Part shown: positions 27,090-34,513 of the stretch, piece after piece
Layout: every line of letters starts with the position of its first letter
Position numbering within the stretch: the stretch's first letter is position 1
Assembly (NCBI GenBank): GCA_963728925.1
Contig: CAVSMB010000003.1
Location: 3,109 to 67,108 of the forward strand
Reading direction: 5' to 3'
Source: an uncultured Actinomycetes bacterium
Lineage (GTDB): Bacteria; Actinomycetota; Thermoleophilia; Solirubrobacterales; Solirubrobacteraceae
Length of the DNA stretch: 64,000 bases
Notes under the pieces: model-generated
What the model saw: the letters and a program-made list of their open reading frames with translations, nothing else
The model's database searches: none
Told to the model about the DNA's origin: nothing
Program-made: the position numbers and the translations under genes

Positions 27090-28257
27090 GGCGAGGCTCG
27101 GCGGGCGGCGCGTCGCTCGCCGTCACATGGTGGATCGCCATCAGCACCTCGTCGGCCAGCCGTGGGCCGTCGGAGGCGAGCTGCGGGGTGGCGAGGATGC
27201 GCACGACGACCTCGTCGCCGTCGACCTCCTCGAGCACGATCCGCGGCCTGCCGCGGGTCGGGACGGTGACGCGCTCGTCGAGCAGGTCCTGCACGTCGCT
27301 CGGGTTCACCCCGACGCGCAGCCGCGCGCGCAGGTCGACGGAGTCGGGCTCGCGCAGCGGCGTGATGGACTGCGCCAGGACGGCGCTGTTGGGCACCATG
27401 TGCGTGTCCTCGCCGTCGGCCAGGACGGTGTAGAGCAGGCCGAGCGAGCTCACGACGCCCTCGACGGCGATGCCGCCGCCCTCGAGCTTTACGCGCTCCC
27501 CGACCCGGAAGGGCCGCGCGCTGAGCAGCACCATCCCGGCGATCAGGTTGCCGAGCGTCTGCTGGGCGGCGAGGCCGATGATCACCGCCGTGAAGGCGCC
27601 GCCGACGGCGAGCGATCGCAGGTCGAGCCCCGCGATCCGCAGCGCGACGAGCAGCGAGATGCCGACCGTGGTCAGGCGGATGATGAAGCCGAATGTCCCG
27701 GCCGTCCCGGGATCCATCCGGCGGAAGAGGTTCGGGGCCATCGCGCGCCCGATGTCCCGGGCCAGGGCCCAGCCGAGGACCACCAGCGCGATGACCGTGC
27801 CGATGCGGACCTCGCGATCCCAGTCCGGGCCGAAGATGCTGTCGCGGTAGCCGTACACGAGCAGCACCGCGGTGAGCAGCGGGACGATGACGAAGATCTG
27901 GCGGCGGGCCTTGCGGGCCTCCTTCTGGCTGAGCTGCTTTGAGAGCCCGGCCTCCTCCCAGGCGTGACTTCGGGTCGCGAACATGTCGCGGACGTGGCTG
28001 GGGGTGTTGCGGCGAAAGACGCTCATCGGCTCGTCGACCCACCACGCCTGGCCGTCGGGATCCTGGCCGGGCTCTTCAGCCCCGGGTCTGCGCGCGTCGC
28101 CGTCGGGGTCGCGCGGCACGTCGCCGCCGGGAACGCGCGACGCCGGCTGCCGTCCTGCCGGCGCAGTAGCCGGGTGGGTCTCCGACGATAGCGGCTGCGC
28201 GCCGCCAGCTTCTCGAGGCGCTCGTGGGGCGGGATCGCGGTCGCCGGGCATGCTCAA
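27061..28257 (-). CDS. mechanosensitive ion channel (MscS family) protein
   Basis: TM3/beta-domain signature GGAFTAVIIGLAAQQTLGNLIAGMVLLSARPFRVGERV. The N-terminal start is uncertain (long charged leader). Confidence 0.85.
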   Translation of the reverse strand: MSMPGDRDPAPRAPREAGGAQPLSSETHPATAPAGRQPASRVPGGDVPRDPDGDARRPGAEEPGQDPDGQAWWVDEPMSVFRRNTPSHVRDMFATRSHAWEEAGLSKQLSQKEARKARRQIFVIVPLLTAVLLVYGYRDSIFGPDWDREVRIGTVIALVVLGWALARDIGRAMAPNLFRRMDPGTAGTFGFIIRLTTVGISLLVALRIAGLDLRSLAVGGAFTAVIIGLAAQQTLGNLIAGMVLLSARPFRVGERVKLEGGGIAVEGVVSSLGLLYTVLADGEDTHMVPNSAVLAQSITPLREPDSVDLRARLRVGVNPSDVQDLLDERVTVPTRGRPRIVLEEVDGDEVVVRILATPQLASDGPRLADEVLMAIHHVTASDAPPAEPRPSASSAGPR

Positions 28258-28362
28258 GCCTCCCAGCTCTCCCTGATGTTCACGACGGTGTCGGCGACCA
28301 TCGACTGGCTCCCTTGGTCGGTCCTGTGAGGCTTACCCGCAGCTGTCGGGCGCACGCCACCA

Positions 28363-30486
28363 TCAGAAGAGTGACCCCTGGCGCGGCGGAGCGGGCGCTG
28401 AGGGCGGCCGGCCTCGATCGTCGCCACCCTCCCACAGGCTCTGGGACGCCGCCCCTTCGTGGCCGGCGCTCTCGGGTGCCGGGTCGCGCTCCCTGGCCCC
28501 GCGCAGCGGCGTCAGGCACCCGCCGGTCTCCCGCGCGCCGCGGGGACGGACCAGGGCCGAGAGGCGCTCGCGCTCGGCCTGCGGGGCGTAGGCCCCGCGG
28601 CGGTAGAGCTCCTCGTAGCGCGGCACGAGGTCGGGGCGCTGGGCGCGCAGCCAGTCGAAGAAGATCCCGCGCACCTCCCCGCGCAGGTGCAGAGCGATCC
28701 CGCCGACGTGCGTCGCCCCGGCCTCCGCGCACAGGTCGAGGATCTCTGCCACCTGCTCGGGCGCGTCGTTGACGCCGGGCATCAGCGGCGCGACGAGGAC
28801 TCCCGTCGGGATTCCGGCGCGGTTGAGCTCGGCGACCGCCTCGATCCGCGCGCGCGGGTTCGGCGTCCGCGGCTCGGTGGCACGCCACGCCTTCTCGTCG
28901 AGGGTCGGGATCGACAGGTTCGCGGTGAACCCGACTCGCGCCGCAAGCTCCTTGAACAGCTCGATGTCGCGCAACAGCAGCGGTGACTTCGTGAGCACGG
29001 AGCACGGCGTGTCGCTGTCGCGCAGCGCAGCCCAGATGTCGGGCATCAGCCGGTAGCGCGACTCGACCCACTGGTAGGGATCGGTGTTCGTCCCGATGGC
29101 GACGTGCTCGCGCCTCCACCCCGGCTTGGCCAGCTCCACCCGCAGCACCTCGGGCGCGTTGACCTTGACGACGATCTCGCGCTCGAAGTCCCGACCGGCG
29201 TCCATGTCGAGATACGTGTGGGTGGGGCGAGCGAAGCAGTTGTGGCTGATCACGCCGTTGGCGATGAAGTCCCCGGTGCCCGTCGTGATGTCGTAGAGCG
29301 GCATCTCCACGCCGAGCGGCTCGACGGAGATGACCCCAAGCCGAGCGTCCGACTTGACCGCCATACCGTTGATCGTCCGCTTGCGGGTGATCGCGGGGTC
29401 CACGGTGTGGAAGAACCGAAGACGCTCGCGCAAGCCGCCGCGGAGCCGGACCACGCGGAGGCCGTTGGCCAGGCCGGGGTCCTCGAGCGCGAAATCGAAG
29501 TCCAGAGCCTCGAGGCTCTCGACAATCATGCGGATGATCGCCATATCTGTATTCGAAATCCGGAATATGCCTTGGCTGTGGCTTCCCTCGGCGTCGTAGA
29601 TGCCGGCCAGGAACCCCTTCCGCCAGTCGTCGCTGGGCGACCACGGCCAACGGATTGCATCGACGATTCGCGTTACACGAGTGGCCCCCCTGGCGCGGAT
29701 GGCCCACACGGGCTCGAACCGGCCGTGCGCGCGCTGAAACAGGTATTCGCCGGTCTCGACCGCGATGTCGCGGAGGTACGCACGGATCCTGAGCAAAGCC
29801 TCGAAGTCGACCAGAGCCAGGCGGGACGCGTTCGAGGCGCGGCCATCCGAGGGTTTCGTCCTGACATGACCATCTCCGCGCACCGTCCCGCAGAGGTATC
29901 CACGCCGGTAGTCGTCGCTCTCCTCAGGAGCTGCAGCGAAGCCTCCCGTACCGACCAGCCCGTTGTTCGTCGTCAGATACGGTCGCTGCAGCGGGCCGCC
30001 CATCGAACCGGTGACGTACTTCCAACCACGATCGCTCAGGAAGCGGTGGTCCCCGCTCGCGATCAATTCGGTTCCGTCTTCGACGATGATCCTGTGCGCG
30101 GGTTTCGTCGTTGACCAGTGCGCGTGAACTGTCGTCGTCACGTACCGTCGGTGTCGACCCACGCCCACGGTTCCCACTACGCCGTCGCCGGCGCGAAGAT
30201 CTCGAAGTGCCTTCGGCCGGCCATCCGCCATCAGGATCGGCGTGTCGCCGCCCATACAGAACACGCATGCATGGCTGCATCCCCTGTACGGGTTGATGGT
30301 CCACCGGAAGGGCATCCGGGAGGCCTTGGGAACGCGGTTGAGTGCCGACTTGGCCCGCACTTCGTAGAAGCGGGTGTCCAGCGCCTCGGGCGCGTCGAAG
30401 GTGCGGACCACCGCGGGCTCGCGGTAGCCCGGCAGAGTCCGCGCCTCATCGGCCTCGACGAGCAGGTTGTCCCAGCGCACGAACAC
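28363..30486 (-). CDS. radical SAM protein of the SplB/Rv2578c (COG1533, DNA repair photolyase-annotated) type, interrupted by an intein
   Basis: Exteins read ...RWTINPYRGCSHACVF / CFARPTHTYLDMDAGRDFEREIVVK...TNTDPYQ...LTKSPL..., restoring a CX3CX2C motif once residues 77-416 are removed. Confidence 0.88.
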   Translation of the reverse strand: MFVRWDNLLVEADEARTLPGYREPAVVRTFDAPEALDTRFYEVRAKSALNRVPKASRMPFRWTINPYRGCSHACVFCMGGDTPILMADGRPKALRDLRAGDGVVGTVGVGRHRRYVTTTVHAHWSTTKPAHRIIVEDGTELIASGDHRFLSDRGWKYVTGSMGGPLQRPYLTTNNGLVGTGGFAAAPEESDDYRRGYLCGTVRGDGHVRTKPSDGRASNASRLALVDFEALLRIRAYLRDIAVETGEYLFQRAHGRFEPVWAIRARGATRVTRIVDAIRWPWSPSDDWRKGFLAGIYDAEGSHSQGIFRISNTDMAIIRMIVESLEALDFDFALEDPGLANGLRVVRLRGGLRERLRFFHTVDPAITRKRTINGMAVKSDARLGVISVEPLGVEMPLYDITTGTGDFIANGVISHNCFARPTHTYLDMDAGRDFEREIVVKVNAPEVLRVELAKPGWRREHVAIGTNTDPYQWVESRYRLMPDIWAALRDSDTPCSVLTKSPLLLRDIELFKELAARVGFTANLSIPTLDEKAWRATEPRTPNPRARIEAVAELNRAGIPTGVLVAPLMPGVNDAPEQVAEILDLCAEAGATHVGGIALHLRGEVRGIFFDWLRAQRPDLVPRYEELYRRGAYAPQAERERLSALVRPRGARETGGCLTPLRGARERDPAPESAGHEGAASQSLWEGGDDRGRPPSAPAPPRQGSLF
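29239..30258 (-). mobile_element. 340-aa class-1 intein with a LAGLIDADG homing-endonuclease domain
   Basis: Block A CMGGDTPILMADG; block B GTELIASGDHRFL; LAGLIDADG motifs YRRGYLCGTVRGDGH and KGFLAGIYDAEGSH; blocks F/G PLYDITTGTGDFIANGVISHN followed by +1 Cys. Codons verified at both junctions (aca 30256-30258 = Cys77; gtt 29239-29241 = Asn416). Confidence 0.85.
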
Positions 30487-30493
30487 ATGTTCC
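30480..30493 (-). promoter_or_regulatory. LexA (Cheo-type) box CGAACACATGTTCC
   Basis: Fits CGAACRNRYGTTYC at all 14 positions, with one arm mismatch relative to a perfect palindrome. It overlaps the GTG start (30484-30486) of the radical SAM gene. Confidence 0.65.
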
Positions 30494-30532
30494 CACTCGG
30501 TTCAAGCGGGGATGGCGCGGCACGACGTTCCC

Positions 30533-31717
30533 TAGTGGTGGGTCTTGGAAGTGGTGTTGGTCATGCGGCGAGCGGCTTGCCGGTGTAGGTCCAGGCGAAG
30601 GGTTTGGCGGTGAGGTTGTAGTGCTCGACGAAGGTGAGCATTTGGACGGCGAGGTCGTGGGGGCTGGTGAACTGCCCGTGGCGGAGCAGGCGGCGGGCGA
30701 GGATCGAGAAGAACATCTCGACCTGGTTGAGCCACGAGGCGTGCTTGGGCGTGAACACGAAGCGCCAGCGCGGGTGCTCGTCCAGCCATGCCTCGACGGC
30801 CTGGGTCTTGTGCGTGGAGAGGTTGTCGAGCACGGCGACGACCTGCCGGCCGACGGGGATCTCGGCGTCGAGCTGGTCGAGGAAGGCGATGAAGTTCCAC
30901 TGGTTGCGGGTGGGGGCGGTCATCCCGGACACCTCGCCGGAGTGCACCTGCAGGGCGGCGAACAGGTTCTGGGTGCCGTTGCGCAGGTACTCGCTGTCGC
31001 GCCGGGCGGGACGCCCGGGCGCCGGGAGCGTGTCGCGGCGCGCCGGTTCGCGCGCCGCGATCGAGGTCTTCTCGTCGACCGAGACGACGATCGCGTTGGC
31101 GGGCGGGTCGACGTAGAGGCCGCAGACTTCGGCGGCCTGGGCGTCGAACTCGGGGCCGAGCTCGCTCATCACCCACTGCTCGGTGACGTGCGGACGCAGG
31201 TCGGCTTCGGCGAGGATTGCCTGGGCGCGCGAGGCCGACATGCCGACCTGCTCGGCCAGCTCGGCCAGCGTCCAGCGCTCGCGCCGCACCCCGCCTTCGG
31301 TGTCCGGCGGCCGGGTACAAGCCAGCGCGATCAACCGCGCGCGGACCGCTTGATCATGCGTCAGCGGCCGCCCCGACTTGGGCCGGTCATGCAGCCCGTC
31401 AAGCCCTTCGCGCTCGTAGCGGGCGCGCTGACGACGCGCGGTCTCCGGCACACACCCGACGCGCTCAGCGATCTCGCCGGCCGGCCGGCCGTCGGCGGCC
31501 AGCAGCACGATCTGCGCGCGCTCTACCAGCCGCCGCTCAGCCGTGCGCGAGTTGGCCAGCTTCTCCAGCACCGGCCGGTCCTCCGCCGCAACCTCGATGC
31601 ACTTCGCATGCGCCGCCACGTTCGCCTCCATCGTCGCCCAACCAGAACGACAAGGCGATTCACCCACACCCCAACAACCTCCTGCAAGTGCCACAGAACT
31701 TGCAGGACCGACCACTA
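30533..31717 (-). mobile_element. IS630-family insertion sequence, copy 1 (with TA target duplication)
   Basis: Imperfect terminal inverted repeats TA-GTGGTGGGTCTTGGAAGT (30533-) and the reverse complement of ACTTGCAGGACCGACCAC-TA (-31717), matching in 16 of 19 positions, enclose a single DDE transposase gene. Confidence 0.85.
30561..31631 (-). CDS. IS630 family transposase
   Basis: MEANVAAHAKCIEVAAEDRPVLEKLANSRT... with N-terminal HTH, then DDE region VSVDEKT...VLDNLSTHKT...HASWLNQVEMFF. Internal ATG of track ORF 30561..32150. Confidence 0.9.
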   Translation of the reverse strand: MEANVAAHAKCIEVAAEDRPVLEKLANSRTAERRLVERAQIVLLAADGRPAGEIAERVGCVPETARRQRARYEREGLDGLHDRPKSGRPLTHDQAVRARLIALACTRPPDTEGGVRRERWTLAELAEQVGMSASRAQAILAEADLRPHVTEQWVMSELGPEFDAQAAEVCGLYVDPPANAIVVSVDEKTSIAAREPARRDTLPAPGRPARRDSEYLRNGTQNLFAALQVHSGEVSGMTAPTRNQWNFIAFLDQLDAEIPVGRQVVAVLDNLSTHKTQAVEAWLDEHPRWRFVFTPKHASWLNQVEMFFSILARRLLRHGQFTSPHDLAVQMLTFVEHYNLTAKPFAWTYTGKPLAA

Positions 31718-32230
31718 GGCGTACACCCCGTCCAGCCACGCCTTGAGCGCCGCCTCGCGCGCCGCAGCGTCGACGCCGTCCGTGAACGCGTGCGCGCTCA
31801 TCCCGACGACGCTGCCGAAGTGGTTGCGCCCGAAGAAGCGGTACAGGCCGTCGTCGGTCCGGACGCCGAGGAACTCCGGCGTGGAGTAGTCGATGACGCC
31901 GTCGAGCGTGCCGGCGTCGCCGAGCGACGCATGGACCGCATCGCCCACGCTCGCGTCCGCGGACACGCCGAGTGCGGCGCGCAGCGCCTCCATCGCGTCC
32001 GGCGTTCCGGCGGCCTCGGGCCCCTCGATGCCGGACGACGGCTGGCCGACGTACGTGACCCCGCGGCCGTTGAAGTGCTCGAGGTACTGCCCGAGCGTGT
32101 GGAGGTAGAAGTCCGTGTGGGCGCCGATGGCGTCGTACTGGTCCTCCCACCCGTCGGCGAGAATCCCGCTGTGGACGTAGCGCAGGTGCGCCGTGCCGCC
32201 GTCGCGGGCCTCGCGAGGCGCGCGCTCCAA
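31715..32230 (-). pseudogene. 5'-truncated SRPBCC (Aha1-like) domain protein gene
   Basis: It begins inside the family-conserved stretch (DGGTAHLRYVHSGILADGWEDQYDAIGAHTDFYLHTLGQYLEHF). The usual ~100-aa N-terminal SRPBCC part is missing and miaB ends 26 bp upstream. Its TAG stop shares the TA duplicated by IS630 copy 1. Confidence 0.5.
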
Positions 32231-32236
32231 GACGAG

Positions 32237-32264
32237 CGCGCTCAGGCCGCCGCGCTCAGGCCGC
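32237..32264. repeat. 14-bp tandem duplication (CGCGCTCAGGCCGC x2) spanning the miaB stop codon
   Basis: Read directly: cgcgctcaggccgc cgcgctcaggccgc, followed by a partial cgcgc. Confidence 0.8.
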
Positions 32265-33593
32265 CGCGCCGGCGAGCAGCGAGGCCTCGCCGGCGAGCGT
32301 CTGGCTCGTCGCGCTGGTGATGCGAACGTCGACGAGGTCGCCGGGGGCGGCGAGGCCGTCGAAGTTCACGACCTTGTTGTGGCGCGAGCGGCCGCGCAGG
32401 CGCGAGGGGTCGGTGCGCGAGGGGCCCTCGACGAGCACCCCGAGCGTGCGTCCGACGAAGCGCTGCGCGCGCTCGTGGGCCCGGCGCTGGACGACCTCGA
32501 CAAGCCGCTCCATGCGCGCGACCGCGACCTCGTGGTCGACCCGGCCGTCGAGCGTCGCCGCCTCGGTCCCGCGCCGCGGCGAGTAGATGAAGGTGAAGGC
32601 GCCGTCGTAGCCCACCTCCTCGCACACCTCGAGGGTCTGCTCGAAGTCCGCCTCGGTCTCCCCCGGGAAGCCGACGATCACGTCGGTGGTGATCGCGCAG
32701 TCGGGCACGTGCTCGCGGATCAGCGCCACGCGGTCGAGGTAGCGCTCGCGCGAGTAGGTGCGGCGCATCGCCTTGAGGATCCGCGAGGACCCGGCCTGCA
32801 GCGGCAGATGGACGTGCTCGCACAGCGACCGCAGCCGCGCGTGCGCGAGGACGACGTCCTCGCGCATGTCCTTGGGGTGCGGGCTCGTGTAGCGCAGGCG
32901 CTCGAGCCCGTCGATCGCGTCCAGTCGCTCGAGGAGCTGCGCGAAGGAGCAGGGCGGCGCGCCGCGGCGCCCGAGATCGCGGCCGTAGGCGTTGACGTTC
33001 TGGCCCAGCAGGGTCACCTCGCTCACGCCTTCGCGCACGAGCGCCTCGACTTCGGCGGCGAGCTCCTCGGCCGAGCGCGAGACCTCTCGCCCGCGCGTCG
33101 AGGGCACGATGCAGTAGGAGCAGCGCATGTTGCAGCCCACGCTGATCTGCACCCAGCCCTGGAAGTCGCGGGCCCGCTTGGCGGGGAGGTGGCCGGTGAA
33201 GCCCTCGAACTCGAAGAAGCCCTGGGCGGTGAGCGAGTCCGAGGTCAGGAACTCGGCGAGCTTGTGCACCTGGCCCGGGCCGAAGGCGACGTCGACGAAG
33301 GGGAAGCGGCGGAAGACCTCCTCCTTGACCGACTGCGCCCAGCACCCGCCGACCCCGATCACCGTGCCCGGCCGGTCGCGCTTGAGCCGCCGGGCCTCCC
33401 CGAGGTGGCCGATGAAGCGCTCGTCGGCCTTCTCGCGGATCGAGCAGGTGTTGAAGAGTATCAGGTCGGCCTCGTCGCGTGCCGGCGCCTCGGCGTACCC
33501 GAGCGACTCGAGCATGCCCTTCATGCGCTCGGAGTCGTGCTCGTTCATCTGGCAGCCGAACGTCGTGAGGTGGTAGCGCAGCACGACGGCCAA
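32256..33593 (-). CDS. miaB: tRNA (N6-isopentenyl adenosine(37)-C2)-methylthiotransferase
   Basis: YHLTTFGCQMNEHDSE (UPF0004 domain), radical SAM VSVGCNMRCSYCIVP, and a TRAM C-terminus. The start is TTG 33593 or GTG 33584. Confidence 0.92.
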   Translation of the reverse strand: MAVVLRYHLTTFGCQMNEHDSERMKGMLESLGYAEAPARDEADLILFNTCSIREKADERFIGHLGEARRLKRDRPGTVIGVGGCWAQSVKEEVFRRFPFVDVAFGPGQVHKLAEFLTSDSLTAQGFFEFEGFTGHLPAKRARDFQGWVQISVGCNMRCSYCIVPSTRGREVSRSAEELAAEVEALVREGVSEVTLLGQNVNAYGRDLGRRGAPPCSFAQLLERLDAIDGLERLRYTSPHPKDMREDVVLAHARLRSLCEHVHLPLQAGSSRILKAMRRTYSRERYLDRVALIREHVPDCAITTDVIVGFPGETEADFEQTLEVCEEVGYDGAFTFIYSPRRGTEAATLDGRVDHEVAVARMERLVEVVQRRAHERAQRFVGRTLGVLVEGPSRTDPSRLRGRSRHNKVVNFDGLAAPGDLVDVRITSATSQTLAGEASLLAGAAA

Positions 33594-34020
33594 GGGTACC
33601 CCGGCCGCCGTGCCCGCTCCCGGAGAGCGGTCAGTTGTCGATGACCGTGTAGTGGAAGGTGACCGGCGGCAGGTCGATGGCCGCGGCGCCCACGTTGCAG
33701 ACGACGACGCGGATGAAGCCGTTGGCCACTGCGGCCTGGCCGTAGACCGTGACCGCTGCGGCAACCGGGTTGTAGTCGGCCCGTGGCGACACGGTGACCT
33801 GGTCGGTCGTCGTTGCGCCGGGTACGACCGGCGTCGCGTAGTCGCAGGCCCCGGCGCCGATGTTCGGGAAGTCGATGGAGACCGTGCCCGAGGCCTTGCC
33901 GATGTCGACCCCGTCGAGCGTGCCGTTCGTGACCTCGTCGCCGGAGACGGAGTTCGGGCCGAGCTCAGAGGCTCCGATCGCGGCCGAGGCGATGTCGGCG
34001 GCGGTCAGGGTCTCGGTGGC

Positions 34021-34170
34021 GACCTTCGCGCTGGTGACGCTGCCGGCGGCCAGCTTGGGATTGGTGACCGAGCCGTCGGCCAGCTTGGGGGTGGACACGG
34101 AGCCGTCGCCCAGCTTGGGATTGGTGACCGAGCCGTCGCCCAGTTTCGTCGTGGTCACCGAGCCGTCGAG
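34021..34170 (-). repeat. five tandem 30-bp units encoding decapeptide repeats (K-L-x-D-G-S-V-T-x-P)
   Basis: Units at 34051-34080 and 34111-34140 are 29/30 identical. Those at 34081-34110, 34141-34170 and 34021-34050 are diverged copies. Confidence 0.85.
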
Positions 34171-34220
34171 GATCTGCGCGAGCTGCGCCTTCAGCGCGGG
34201 ACTGAGATCGACAAGGCCGA

Positions 34221-34234
34221 CCCCCCCCCCCCCC
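34221..34234. repeat. homopolymer C14 (G14 on the coding strand)
   Basis: Counted directly: a-cccccccccccccc-g. Confidence 0.95.
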
Positions 34235-34513
34235 GTCGAGGAGGTCGATGGACTTCACGCCGTTGTCCGTGAGGTCGACCGAGGCGACCTGGCCGTTCTT
34301 GATGATCTTGGACGTGACGGTGTTCTTCTTGAGCTTCGGGGCCTTGGCGTAGCTCTGGCCGCCGAGGGCGACGAACAGCGCGAGGAACGCGAAGAGCAGG
34401 GCCAGCGGGTGCAGACTGCGCGCCGGCAGCTGTGCGATGCGGGACATGGTGGTCCTCCTGGGGTCGTGGGAGCGCATCGAACCCCACAACCGGCCAGGCA
34501 CCCGGGACTTACG

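Larger units (their letters stand above)
33631..34447 (-). pseudogene. secreted/anchored decapeptide-repeat protein with its frame broken at a G14 run (phase-variable gene, pseudogene or assembly error)
   Basis: The ATG at 34447 is preceded by AGGAGGA. MSRIAQLPARSLHPLALLFAFLALFVALGG is a signal/anchor; the frame reads ...DLLDGGGG and then shifts. The downstream frame continues GLVDLSPALKAQLAQILDGSVTTTKLGDGSVTNPKLGDGSVSTPKLADGSVTNPKLAAGSVTSAKV... to 33631. A run of 13 (or 16) G would give one 271-aa ORF. Confidence 0.65.
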
